The translations under genes were made by a program, and so were the position numbers. Source: the human T2T-CHM13v2.0 reference genome, Homo sapiens. From it: 64,000 nucleotides of DNA. Each line of letters opens with the position of its first letter. Within the stretch, counting starts at the first letter, position 1. Below are positions 1-15,200 of this stretch, piece by piece. Location: the NCBI RefSeq assembly GCF_009914755.1, contig NC_060940.1. One strand, 5' to 3'. Below the pieces are notes generated by a model. The model did not search any database, was not told the origin of the DNA, and saw only the letters and a program-made list of their open reading frames with translations.

Positions 1-674
1 TCAAATCACTTGCATTTGCAATGACCATTGTTCATAGGGTTTGATTATTTAAAAAATTGAATCACAATTACCTAAGGGAAAAAGATTAATGAAAACACAA
101 TAAACTAAGGTCTAGTAATTCCATTTACTTCATACTCCTTGCAGAATCCAAGAATTCTTTTTATGACATGCTCTGAGCCATTTTGCAAGGTTGTAGTGTG
201 GAAATTGTCAGCCACATTTTAAGGAATATTTAACTATCCTTCATTAGGTATGAAGGGACTCTCTCTTGCCTTTTTATATATTTTCTATTTTACTACTCTC
301 ACTAGTGAATCAGTGGTCTTCAAGACTGAAGCAGTAAGTACATTTAATTATATTCACACCTAAATTCAATGCCTGTAGTCACTTATGTTTTGTAAAAGAT
401 ACTGTGGAGGCTGAGATATAGATGTAAATTCTCTCTGATGGACATTCTATTGAAAAGTTCAAGTGACTGAGGAGCCGTACTTCTGTATAGCAAATGGAGA
501 CACCTTTAAAGTTTATATTCATGAGAAAATAGCCCAGGTCTGAGACTATTGCACTGGAATGAAAGTTGGAAAATCCAGTGCATTTCTTCATGGAAGAAAG
601 GAAAACATTGCAGGCTTTCTTTTTTTTTTTTTTTTCCTTTTTATCTTTGATGGGAAAATAGAAATATAAATATA

Positions 675-890
675 CTCAGTGTGTCAAGCCCTGAGATAGA
701 CACTTTCCCTACATTATTCTATAGTCATCATGATTTCTTAGTATACACATGAGAAAACATTGTCTGAGAGTGGTTAAATTACTTCTTGAAGCCAACACAG
801 CTATTAAGTTGTGAACTTTAATAGTTGTGAACTTTATTAAGTTGTGCCCAGTCTGTGAATTGTAACTCACATGTCTTTTATTCCAATATT
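675..890 (-). mobile_element. MIR SINE relic
   Basis: Degenerate reverse-complement MIR core (gagaaaacattgtctgagagtggttaaattacttcttgaagccaacacagctattaagt). Confidence 0.6.
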
Positions 891-1494
891 CTCATAGATA
901 TATAAGAATATCTTTTTATTAGCAACATAACTTGACAATCAGCAATTCACCATACTCTTTGAACATAATGCAATAAGATGGATAATTATTTTTTAAATTA
1001 ATCATTATATCTGTTATTATCCTTGTTAATTCTACTAAATAGGTACTTCAGTTTCTCAGCTTATATGTAGTGTGGTAGGTTTAAAATGTTAGAGGAGAGA
1101 AACATCTATTCTGTGAAAATAGATGTTCTCTTAATAGTCTGGTCCCCATTCCTTAAAAACAATTTGGTACATTCTGGCAATATTCTTAATATTATGGGTC
1201 TCTCTACCTGGGATACTATTTCAATCCCTAAATGTTTTTCTCGACTCTGTAATGAGCTCTGTTATTCCCTCTACATGGTCTTCTCTGCTGTATTCATTCA
1301 GTTCCAAGGGCTCAACTAGATATGCTGTATATTTCCAGTGGACTAACCCACAGACACTACCCCCCGCCCCACCACCCCCCAAATTAACCTCCCCAGATGG
1401 GTCATGTTTTGAACTAGGCTCCAAAACATGCTCTTCATCTGAACCATTTCAGTATTTCCATGATGGAAAAGGAAGAATCAGTATGACATACACA

Positions 1495-1680
1495 ACCTGT
1501 TTTTAATTAAAATTTTCGTATTTTGTTCATCATAGATTTTTTTGCATGTTATCATTTTTTAAATTGCATTAAATATTATTTATTTTGATTACTGAGTTTT
1601 TTTTTTGTTGTTGTTGGCATTTCCTTACATTTGGTGTCTATAGTGAGTACCTCACTTGCTTTTCCTTAGTCCCTTCCCTG
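1495..1680 (-). mobile_element. hAT-Tip100 DNA transposon end (Arthur1-like)
   Basis: ttttgttcatcatagatttttttgca...gattactgagttttt...cctcacttgcttttccttagtcccttccctg resembles the reverse complement of a CAGGGCCGGGACTAGGGTGAGG terminus; family name from memory. Confidence 0.5.
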
Positions 1681-1699
1681 ATGGGATCGATTACCAAGG

Positions 1700-1922
1700 C
1701 CTGAAGACAATCTAACTGGGCTTCAATCCTAGGTCTACCAGTCCTTGGCCAAGCTTCCTTGAGCAAGTTGCTTAACCTCTCAGTGCATCGTTTTTTTCAC
1801 ATATACATTGAGGATATAACGACGTAGCCAAAATGGGTATTGCAAGTTTCAAAGAAATAATATATAGGAAACATTTAGAATATTCCTAGCTAATTTTAAG
1901 TGCCATTAAATCATTTATTATT
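1700..1922 (+). mobile_element. MIR SINE relic
   Basis: MIR core ccttgagcaagttgcttaacctctcagtgc plus a degenerate 3' tail. Confidence 0.7.
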
Positions 1923-2954
1923 AATATATTTGAAATCTTGCTGATCAAAAGATGTTTACATTAGAATTCTACCTTCATATGTAATTCATTTACTAAATCA
2001 GTATCTCTCAGAATGAGGCCAAAATTCAGTATTTAAAGAAATAAAAGATGATAAAATATTTTCTTGTGTGATTCTGATGATTAGCCTTGCTTGGGAAGTA
2101 CTGCGTAGGATGAGACACTTTAATGTCTCTTATTTTTACCCATTTCTCGCCCTCTGCAATGTCTAAGACTTGGTTCAGATTGTAATTGCTTCATGCCTGA
2201 AATAATTCAAGACTATTCTGCATGGTTCCCCTTTCTCTAAAATTATAACATTGTAGAAAATTGGGGAATAGTGTAGCTATTTGAAAACACATTTGACCCT
2301 ATTACCTTCCTTGAAAATCTTGAGAGTCAATGTTAGAGTGAGACAGGAACTTTGAACTCTTTAGTGAGTGCATAAGGTTCCTAATGATTGAGATCATGTT
2401 CAAATCTCCAGGTCCGTCTGTGTACATGCCATTTGAAAGATCTGGAACACCATTTCCTACTACGGCGTTAGTCTTTCTGTGCACTTGTAAGCATTGTTTT
2501 CACTGCTTACTCATCCCACCCATCTGTCCTTGCTACTGTATTTAATATGTTCTCATCCTTCAAAACGTAGCTCTAATGCAGTCACATCTGAGACACTCTT
2601 CTTAACCAGTCTACGGATATACAAGTATATCTCTTCTATGGCAACATTGGTCAATGTAGGTGTTTTGGTCAAGTCTGCACCATATGTTCCAGAGAGCACA
2701 GAAGAATATACCTACCACTTGACTGTAAATTCCCTGAGGTCAGTTACCCTGAAAGTATAATTTTGTTAATAGTTACTGATACATAACTTTCTCATGCGTG
2801 GAACTCTTAAAACATTGTCAAACAAATGAGTGGAAAATGAATGGATAGAAAGATCAGCCTTTTACACTAAAATGCTTGAAATATCCATGGGCTCTATAAA
2901 ATTTAGGGTAATCATGCTTAGCTTTTGTGACTAGGAGGTAGACAAGTAATTTAC

Positions 2955-3108
2955 CTTTCTTCTTTTCTTTTTTCTCTTCTTTCCTCTCCTCTCCTCTCCT
3001 TTTCTTTCCTTTCTTTTCTTTTCTTTTTTTCATTTTCCTTCCTCCCTCCCTCCTTCCTTCCCTTCTTTTCTTCCTTCCTACCTTCCTTCCTTCCTTTCTA
3101 CCTTCCTT
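2955..3108. repeat. Polypyrimidine low-complexity tract (TTTCT/CTTC)n
   Basis: Seen directly; about 150 bp of nearly pure C/T. Confidence 0.95.
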
Positions 3109-4275
3109 GTAATCAAACTGTCACCAAGCCCAAATGATTTTATCTTCCAAATAATATCTCATGAAACCATCTACTTCTTTCCGTTTCCACTCTGCACCCA
3201 AAGTAGTCATTTCAAAGCACATATCTGATATCTAACTTCTCTTTGGATAAAGAGTAAACTGAAATAGACTTCCTGGTTTTCCATAGTCCAATTTTACCTA
3301 TGTATGCAACCTTATTGTGGTAGATTATATTTTCCCAAAGATGACTGCCACAACGTGTCTTATCTCACATGATGTTCTTACCATGTGATGTTCACGTTCT
3401 CGTTGAGTCACACAATATATCCACCCTTTCCTTGAAACTGGACCACCATTTGACCAACCTGATCAAAACAGTAACGTCAAAGCAATGCTAAGTCATAAAT
3501 ACGCCAAGCACTTCTGCCTTGTTCCCTTGAGTACTGACTCTGATAACCCAGTTATGCTGAGAAGAAGCTGAGTAGCCATGTGGAGAAGGCACATGAATAT
3601 TTTCCAGCTGACAGTCTCAACTTCTCAGCTGACAGCCAAAAATACATGCTGGATATGTATGTGATGCTGCCAGACTTTAGCTGTTGAGTCTCACTTTCAA
3701 GCCACCCCTGTTCTAGCTACATGGAGGAGACACAAGCTGTCCCAACTGAGCCCTGCCCCAAATTATAGATTTATCAGCAAAATTAATGCTATTGTTGTTT
3801 TAAGTTACTAAGCTTTGTGGTGATTTGTTACATGGCAATAGCTACCTAAAACACTCATCATGAACCATATCACTCCTGTGTTCTGTGCTCTAGCCACACT
3901 GGCCTTCTTTCAGATCTTCATGGCTTCTCTGTTCTTCCTTGCTTTCACAAACTGTTTTCTCTGCATAGGATGCTTTGTCTCTCTCCTGCTTAACTTCATC
4001 AATCAATTCATTTTTATCCTGTAGGTCTCTGCTCAAACTTCACTTCGAGAAAGCCTTCTCGGACTTCCAGCCTAGTTCTTAGACCTTTTATTCCCTGTTC
4101 CCCTCACAGTTATATTTTTTTCTTGTTGAAATTACAATTTGATTATGGTCTATCTCACAGACTAGACTAACATCCTCAGGAGGGCCAGTCTCTTTGATCC
4201 GATTGGCATATCCCAGATCCTGCTATAGTGTGTGGCATATACCAAATATTTTATAAGTATTTTCCATATTAATGA
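3109..4275 (+). mobile_element. L2 LINE 3' relic, interrupted by an MLT1 LTR
   Basis: L2-like motifs (tgtcaccaagccc..., ctctagccacactggccttcttt..., atagtgtgtggcatata) lie on both sides of the LTR. Confidence 0.6.
3316..3853 (+). mobile_element. MaLR solo LTR (MLT1G/H-like)
   Basis: Starts tgtggtagattatattttcccaaagatg and ends ...tttgttacatggcaatagctacctaaaaca; TG..CA termini; probable 5-bp TSD cttat/ctcat. Confidence 0.8.
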
Positions 4276-4284
4276 TAAAAATGA

Positions 4285-5260
<976 letters not shown>

Positions 5261-5262
5261 TA

Positions 5263-5341
5263 TTAGGTTGGTGTAAAAGCAATTGTGGTTTTTGCCATTA
5301 AGTTAATTGCAAAAACCACAATAACTTTTGCACCAACATAA
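5263..5341. mobile_element. MADE1 MITE (Hsmar1-derived palindrome)
   Basis: Two 37-bp inverted arms ttaggttggtgtaaaagcaattgtggtttttgccatt / aattgcaaaaaccacaataacttttgcaccaacataa with a 5-bp spacer; TA at the left flank. Confidence 0.95.
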
Positions 5342-5379
5342 ATACTAGAGGTTTTGTAAAAATAGTGAAAATTGTTCAC

Positions 5380-5500
5380 AGCCAGGTGTGGTGGCACGTA
5401 CCTGTTGTCCCATCTGTGCAGGAGGCTGAAGAGGGAGGATCGAGCCCAGGAATTTGCGACCATCCTGGGCAACATACAGAGACCTCATCTCTAACAAAAA
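5380..5500 (+). mobile_element. FLAM (free left Alu monomer)
   Basis: Single monomer gccaggtgtggtggcacg...cctgggcaacatacagagacctcatctct with a short A tail. Confidence 0.8.
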
Positions 5501-5599
5501 GTCCTCACAGGCTTTATTTAGCAGGTAGCACCAGTGGAATTTGCTGAATTAATGAATGAGTTAGTCTATCCTCTCGGACATCACTCCCTTTTCTCCTTC

Positions 5600-6013
5600 T
5601 GATACGGTTTGGATATTTGTCTTCTCCAAATCTTATGTTGAAATTTGACCCCCAGTGTTGAAAGTAAGGCCTGCTCTGAGGTGTTTGGGTCATGGGGGCA
5701 AATACTTCATAAATGGCTTGGTGTCATTTTCATGGGATTGAAAGCATTCTCACTATTAGCTCCCAGGAGATCTGATTGGGTAAAAAGAGGCTGGCACCTC
5801 CTCCCTCTCTCTCTCTCTTTTCTCCTCTCTCACCAAGTGATGCCTGCTCCCTTACCCCTTCCACCATGAGTGGGGGCTTCCTAAAGCCCTCACGAAAAGC
5901 AGATGCTGGCACCATGTTTCTTGTACAGTCTGCAAAACCGTGAGCCAAATAAACCTTTGTAGATTACCTAGCCTCTATTTGATTCCTTTATAGGAAATCA
6001 AATAGACTAAGAC
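5600..6013 (+). mobile_element. MaLR solo LTR (MSTB-like)
   Basis: Starts tgatacggtttggatatttgtc...; contains gcagatgctggcaccatg and ccgtgagccaaataaacct; ends ttcctttatag...gactaagac. Confidence 0.88.
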
Positions 6014-7542
6014 CTTTTAACAACTTTTTTATGCATTCCTTTTCATTCTCACTTTTCTGTCATTATTCTGCAGTCCTCTAAAACTCTAGCCAAATATGCA
6101 GGTCCTCTGTAATTTTTCATGTGCATCTGGTGCTTAATGACAAAATTAAAGTCATAGAAGTTGAAAATCTGTTTCAAATCACCATTTCAAGGGTCTAAGT
6201 TCTTTAAATTTGCAATTCTTTTCCTTGTTGCAATAAACAAGAAATCCTCCTTGGATACTTCTGTTAATGTGTATGATTGTATTCTTCCCTCCCACCCATA
6301 CAAGATTAATCTCTTCCTCCAATACACAAGTGCCTATGCAGCTTTACAGGTGAATTAATTGTTCATTTCATTTCATTTTTTTTTTCAAATGAGCTCCAGT
6401 TTACTTCTCCTCGATTTGTCTTTGGCAGATTTATTTTAAAAGTCTTTTATTTCAGTTTCTAAAGTATTTATCCTCTGGGTCTACTCTTTTTTTTTTTTCC
6501 ATGTACGATAGGAGACTAATTATTCTTCTTCTAATGAATGTTCTAAATGTATCCCATATGGTGGCATATGTGTGTTCAGACCAAAAATGCTTTGGGATAA
6601 AATAAGTAAATTCCTCTCATGGGGTTTCCCTACAAGCTTTGTTTTGTAACAGTGATAAGTTCAAAAATCCATAGACTGTAGGTTGTTGTAGAAATCATCT
6701 TCTTCCTCTGACCTTCCTCATTTTACAGATAGGAAAAGAAGCCTAGGGGTCACTTAGCTGGATCATGAAACAGATAAAGGCTGAGAATCAAGAAACTTGA
6801 GTTCTATTCCCAAATATGCCAGTGACATTTTAGAATATGTTTTATATTATAGTCATTTGAATTCTAGATGAGAAAACTGGTTCAACTGACAAAGGGGATA
6901 TATATTCCTCAAGAGAGTCTTGCCTGGGCTTCCCATTCTAAGTCAGGTTATTTTTCTTCAAAGTAATTATCAGTGTTTGTAAATAATATAAATCAAGTAA
7001 TTACAATAATGAAAGTTGGAATCCTTCTTGTTCAAACAGAAAGTATTTATGCCTTTGTTCACCCTACCTTATAGATAGTAGGTACTAAATAAATATTTGC
7101 TGAATAAATGAATCAATTATATAATATTATAAAGTACCTATTTGGGGAAAACTGTATTGCAAGCACTTTATATAAAGTAATGTAATGAAAAAGAATTAAG
7201 ACATTAACATAGTCTTCGCAAGAAGCCAGTAATATCTATAAATAATAATACCTTTGAGAAATAAAAAACTGAAGTTCAGAAAGTTTAAGTAAATTGTTAC
7301 CCACCAGTCAACTTGCAGAATGATAACATGAATATGTCATCTGATTCCCAAATCAGAATCTTCATGCAACACCAAAAATATGGCATTTTTTTTTTTGCTG
7401 TGTGCCAACCAATGTTGCTAAAAGCTTATATATTCTACGTTACTAATTCTTCAAAATGAAACCTAAGTGAGGTGTAGTTTTATTCTCATTAGGAAACACA
7501 AACTTGGGATTTCTAAGCATATTTGCTGAGGTCAAACTATTG

Positions 7543-7854
<312 letters not shown>

Positions 7855-8593
7855 TGAGCTCAAACTATTAAATGGGTAAGAATTTGAATCTAGGTGTGTG
7901 ATAAGGTTTGACATTTTTAACTACTGCACTGTTTATCTTAATAAAGATGCACCTTGCAAAAGCAAGTTCTATATACTTTTATAATTTTGAGAGATAAAAA
8001 TATTTCACATTTCTGTCTACCTATTGATTTCTTTAGTTAAAACAAAAAGACATTTTAATCTTACGGCAGTGTTACTGAATATATAAAAACAGAGTGGTAT
8101 AATAGATTATCCAACAGATTTTGGAATAAATAAAGTCAAGAAAAAACAATACATGCTGAACAAAGCTAAAATAATAAGTTTAATTTGGCTTTGACAGATA
8201 TTTTGTAATCTTTGAACACCACTGTTAGAGGTATGAGAGAGACTGAAAGTCAACCTTTTCTAAAGAACAGCACCAACCACATCCTTGGCCTTCTCAAAAC
8301 CTAAGGCAGCTCAGTTCCTCATTTCTTATCAAGCAAGTTTCAATATCTCTGGAATACCTTTAAATTCCAAGTCCAAATACTTTTCATGATTATCTTTGTC
8401 CATTCTTCTCTACAAAACTTTTCCAAGTACTCAGCTGATAGAGATTCCAGAAACCTGATGAACCTCATGTCTCTGCTGTGATCATTTTACTTCTATGTGG
8501 CCACTCTCTCCTTTCTCTCAGTCCACTGGGCAGCCAGCTCTTCCTGCTCTTTCTTAGAAAACCTACTCAAGTGTTGGTCATATCTCCTTAGAG

Positions 8594-8712
8594 TAGGGTG
8601 GCCAGATAAAATATATGCAATGTTTGGGATATACTGAAAAATGATCTGTTCTTTATCTGAAATTCAGTGTTATTGAGCTTCCTGTATTTTTGTTGTTAAA
8701 TCTGACCTCCCT
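8594..8712. mobile_element. MER53 hAT MITE, internally deleted
   Basis: tagggtggccagataaaata ... tttatctgaaattc ... cctgtattttt...taaatctgacctccct matches the MER53 termini. Confidence 0.7.
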
Positions 8713-9289
8713 TCCATGAGAGCTCTTTTCTCCCAGAAATGTGTTTGTGATCCATAAGTCTGTGCACATAAGAATTGGATGTGTGGTATTTCTTCATTTG
8801 GCTCATTTGTATAGCCTCCCATGATGTTCCATGAGTTATCAGGGAAAGTATCGGGGATATTTATTTTTGCATATCTAGTTGTAGGTAGTATTTCTTAATT
8901 TCTCCTTTAACGATTGGCTTACAATAATATGGATGGACTTTGTATTGGGGCTGTTAGGGAGAGAGAAAGGAAGATAGGGAGATACAGATTCTTAATTCTA
9001 AAAATGCCATGGATTTCATCTTGTTCAACACCCACCTTTGTGCTCCAACCAGAATTTAATAAAATCATGTAACTATTTTCCTGCCTCAAACTGATTTGGG
9101 AAAAAAAGACAATCCATTTTTTTTTCCAGGCCTTGGGTTTGGTGAGTCATTTTTATTCTGCTATGTATGTATTTGTGAGTTGCTACATTGTGATTGTGTG
9201 TGTGCAATATTTAAATATGTATAATTATGCAATTTAGGCACTGTAAACTTACTACAAAAGAAAAATGGAACATAAGAAAAGAGAAACAT

Positions 9290-9505
9290 CACTTATGGAG
9301 GGCTAACTATGTTCCAGAGATGGGATTAATCATGTTTTATTAATTTGTCCGCATATTAAAACCATCAGCTGTAAGATAGCCTCTATGTCATAGATTAAGC
9401 AAATAAACATGTGAGTGCTTAAGTAATTTGCTCAAGGTCACATATAGAATAAGCACTAAAGTAGAGTTTAAATCTTAATCTACCTATACCTGACTCTAAA
9501 GCCAC
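9290..9505 (-). mobile_element. MIR relic
   Basis: ttaagtaatttgctcaaggtcacata core. Confidence 0.65.
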
Positions 9506-9693
9506 TTATTAGTTTGAGTAAAGAGTTCATTGTAAACTTAAAATGCTTATACTGTTTTATGCCAAACATTCTATATTTTAATGCAAAAAAAAGCTTTTAG
9601 AAAAGAAGAGTATCAGTGGCTATATTCCCATTACTCAGAATTAGCAACTAACATATTTGTGTGCATGCTTTGTGTTTTTGTCTTAAAAATGTG

Positions 9694-10636
<943 letters not shown>

Positions 10637-10855
10637 TGAAAAATATGTATTAGAAAAAAATTCAAGCAGTGCAGAAAACTGCCAAAATGAACATTTAAGC
10701 AATCACAACAAATCCTGTCATTAAATATTATGTCTCCATAAATACAAACATCTTTCTTTGCATATATAAATGTCAAGATGTTGCAGCAAGAGGGACAGAA
10801 AGGGGAAGAGAGAAAGAAGGAAAGAGAGGCCGGGGGAGAGATGTAGATATAAATA

Positions 10856-13211
10856 CAGGCATACTGGTTTTATTGTACTTCACTTTATTGTGCTTCTCAG
10901 ATATTGCATTTTTTACAAATTGAAGATTTGTGGCAACCCTGCATAGAGAAATTTATTGATGCCATTTTTCCAATAACATGTGCTCCCTTTGTGTTGTGTC
11001 ACATTTTGGTAATTATTGCAATATTTCAAACGTTTCTATTATTATTATAATATGTGTTACGGTGATCTGTGATCAGTGATCTTTGATGTTATTGTTGTAA
11101 TTGCTATAGGGCACCAGGAAACATGCCCATATAAGATGGCAAAGTTAATTGATAAATGTTGTGTCTGTTCTGATTGCTCCATCTATCCCATCTCTCACCT
11201 TGGGCCTCCCTATTTTTTAAGACACAATATTGAAATTAGGCCAATTAATAACCCAACAATAGCCTCTAAGTGTTCAAGTGGAAGAAAGACTTGCACATCC
11301 CTCAGCTTAAATAAAAAGCTAGAAGTTATAAAACTGAATAAGGAAGGCATGTAAAGACCCAATTTAGGCTGAAAGCTAGGCCTCCTGTGCCAAACAGTCG
11401 GTCAAGTTGTAAATGCAAAGGAAAAGTTTTTGTAAAAATTAAAAGCACTACCCCAGTGAACACAAGAGTGATAAGAAAGTGAAACAGCCTTGTTGCTATA
11501 AAGAAGTTTGAGTGGTCTGGATAGAAGATCAGACCAGTCACAATGTTCCTTTAAGCTAAAGTCTAATCCAGAAAAAGGCTTAATTCTCTTTTAATTCTAT
11601 TAAGGTGAGAAAGGTGAGGAAGCTGCAGAAGAAAAATATGAATCTAACAGAGGTTACTTAATGAGGTTTAAGGAAATAAGTTATCTCCATAATATAGAAG
11701 TGCAAGGTCTAATGAAGAAGCTGCAGCAAGTTATCCAGAGGTCTAGCTAAGATCATTGATTAAGGTGGCTAGGCTACACAATAGATTTTCAATGTAGACA
11801 AAACAGCATTCTATTGGAAGATGATGCCATCTAGGACTTTTGTAGCTAGAGAGGAAAAGTTAATGCCTGGCTTTAGAGCTTCAAAGGACAGACTGACTCT
11901 CTTGTTAGAGAGTAATGCAGCTGATGACTTTAAGTTGAAACCAATGATCATTTACCATTTTGAAAGTCCTAAGGCCCTTAAGAATCATGTTAAATCTGCC
12001 TGTGCTCTACAACTGGAACAACAAAACCTGGATAGCAGCACATATGTTTACACATGATTTGCTGAATATTTTAAGCCCCCTGTTGATATCTACTGTCCAG
12101 AAAAAATAGATTTATTTCAAAATATTACTGCTCTTTGACAATGTACCTGATCACCTGAAACCTCTGATGGAGAAGTACAAGGAGATTGATGTTGTTTCAT
12201 TGTCTGCTAGTATAACATCCATTCTGCAACCTATGTATTAGGCGATAATTTCAGCTTTCAAGTTTTATTATTTAAGAACTAAATTTCATAAGGCTATAGA
12301 TACCATAGATTAGTGATTCCTCTGAGGAATCTGGGCAAAGTAAATTGAAAACTTTCTGAAAAGGATTTACCATTCTACATGCCATAAAGAACATTCATAA
12401 TTCATGGAAAGAGGTCAAAATAGCAACATTAAGAGGAGTTTGGAAGAAGTTAATGTCAACCTTCATGGTTGACTTTAAGAAGTTCAAGACTTCAGTGGAG
12501 GAGGAAATGAAGATGAGGTGTAAATAGCAAAAGAGCTAGAATTGGGAATGGAGTCCGATGATATGATTGCATTGCTTCAAACTTATGGTAACACTTGAAC
12601 GAATGAGGAGTTGCTTCTTATGGATGAGCAAATAAATGGCTTTTGAGATGAAATCTATTTCTGGTGAAGATGCTATAAACATTGTTGAAAAGACAACACA
12701 AGATTTAGAATATTTTATAAACTTATTTGATAAAGCAGTGGGAGAGTTTGAGAGAACTGACTCCAATTTTGGAAAGAGTTCTACTGTGATAAATTGCTAT
12801 CAAACAGCATTACATGCTACAGAAAAACCTTTGTGAAAAAAAAGAGTCCATTGATACTGCAAACTTCTTTGTTGTCTTATATTAACAAACTGCCATAGCC
12901 ACTTCAACCTTCAGCAAATACCACCGTAAACAGTCAGCAACCATCAACATCGAGGCAAGATCTCCCATTAGAAAAAAGACTATGGCTCCCTGAAGGTGCA
13001 GAAGATCATTGGCTTTTTTTTTTTTTTTTAGCAATAAAGTACTTTTAATGAAGATATGTACTTTTTTTTAGACATAATGCTATTGCACACTTAGACTACA
13101 GTGTAGTATAAACATAACTTTTATATGCGTTGGGAAACCAAAAAAGATGTGTGACTTGCTTTATTGCAATATTGACTTTATTGGGAACCTACAATATCTG
13201 TGAGTTACTTT
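10856..13211 (+). mobile_element. Tigger1 (Tc1/mariner-pogo) DNA transposon, near full length
   Basis: TA + caggcatac left TIR; degenerate right end caatatctgtgagttac; about 2.36 kb; transposase fragments visible in the ORF track. Confidence 0.95.
11259..12836 (+). pseudogene. Disrupted Tigger1 transposase ORF (CENP-B-type HTH + DDE), TIGD1-like
   Basis: IASKCSSGRKTCTSLSLNKKLEVIKLNKEGM* (start ATG mutated to ATA) and [41 protein letters not shown] match Tigger1/TIGD1; multiple stops and frameshifts. Confidence 0.9.
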
Positions 13212-13507
13212 TACAAAAATAAAACTGTATCAAAATAGTGTCTTTATTAGAATTATTAATTTGAATATTATTTGACTATTACATAATTAAAACCAACTGA
13301 TATAAATCTGAAGATTAGCAAAATTAAAGTATTTCTTTACAATAGGTGATATTATTTACTGAAAGATTCTTGTAAATTAAGAGATTATGAAATAAATACT
13401 ACACCTTGTACTTATTTTTAATAATGTTTTAATTTTAGCTTATAAAATAAGTTTTTTGAAAGATTACGCTGCAAATCTCTCTTCTGTACCTGTTCTCCAA
13501 TTTATAA

Positions 13508-13813
<306 letters not shown>

Positions 13814-13949
13814 TATAAACCTTTATTAAAAAATATGATTTTTACATCTTTTTCTATAGCCATAAGTTACATAACTTTTATTTGTTTTAGCATTATCTTT
13901 AAGCTTAAATGCACTTTATTTTTTACCATGGTCTTTTTACCATGGATTG

Positions 13950-14678
13950 TCTATCTCTGGATTCTTGAGTTTGATTCTGCCTTTAATTGGTAGGATATTA
14001 TCAAGCAGGTTTTCAAAGACAATCTCACAGATTCTATGCTCATCAAGATTTTTAATGATTGAGAATGTCTGCTTTTTTCCTTTATAGTTAGAAGACCTTT
14101 TGGCTAGATTTAATATTCTTGAATGTCACTATCTTTCCTCAAAACTCTAGATGTTTTCTGTTGACATGCAGTTCATTGTATTCTAGAAGTGAATATAGCT
14201 GTGGAAAAGGTTGAGACTACTCCAGTTTTTCCTCCATGTAGGTGACCTGTTTTGTCTGTCAAAATACTTGAAGAATTTGTTTATTGTGTCAGTGTGACAG
14301 TTTATCTGGGATATATATTTGTCCTATGATTTTCATATCCTAAAACATTATGTGTTCTTGTGATATATGTATTCAATTTTTATTTTTTCCAGTAATATAT
14401 CTTTCATTATATGATTAGGTAGATTTTCTGTTCTGTATGTAGGATATTCTACTTTAGGGATACCAATTACCTTGTGCTGAATTACCACATCTTCTAAATC
14501 TATTAGCTTATCTCTAATTGTTTTACTCTGCATTTTCATCTTCCTTTACCATGATTATTTCAGTGTCAGTAATTCAGGTTTAAAATCTATATTCTGTTTT
14601 ATTCATATTTTTCAATTTACTAGTTGCATAATGAGAAAGTTTGGTCCCTAAAATGTTTTCTTCTATCTGCAATTTATT

Positions 14679-14729
<51 letters not shown>

Positions 14730-15200
14730 TTTTTGAGATGAAGTCTCGCTCTCTCACCCAGGCTGTAGTGCAGTGGTTCGATCTTGGCTCACTGCAACCT
14801 CTGCCTCTTGGGTTCAGGCGATGTTGCTGCCTCAGCCTCCCGGGTAGCTGGGATTACAGGAGTAAACCACTGAGCCCAGCCTACTCCAGATTATTTTCTT
14901 TCTTTCGCCAAGCACCGGTTGTTGAAGATGAGGTTATTCCTCCTTCTTTTTTTCTTTTGTTACTTATTGGAAAACTTTCCCCAAAGTGTTTATTCTTATT
15001 GCTATTGTTTGAATTTATAGGTATTAGGGGAGAAAATTCTTTGAGTTTTAAAATGTTTATTTAAATCTCAATTTTAAAATATGTTATTATATTTCTATAC
15101 TGAAGATGACAATTCATGTGCCTCTCTTCTTCACCCCTAATTCAGTTGAAAAATCCATTTTAATTAGCTTCTTAATCACATCTGGCTATTAATACATAGT
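13950..15200 (-). mobile_element. Ancient L1/HAL1 ORF1-region relic
   Basis: The minus ORF at 14348-14539 (RDKLIDLED...IGIPKVE) resembles the L1 ORF1p coiled-coil/RRM junction; surrounding sequence is T-rich antisense L1M-like. Confidence 0.55.
14672..14881 (-). mobile_element. Monomeric Alu with long (TAAA)n tail
   Basis: Right-arm body joined to a left-arm-like 5' end (ggagtaaaccactgagcccagcc). Confidence 0.85.

Noticed and set aside
379-591. 70-aa minus ORF in unique sequence
   Set aside because: No recognisable domain and no convincing flanking splice sites; length is within chance expectation.
11821-12057. TIGD1-like ORF as a real gene
   Set aside because: It is a fragment of a Tigger1 copy with a mutated start, stops and frameshifts.
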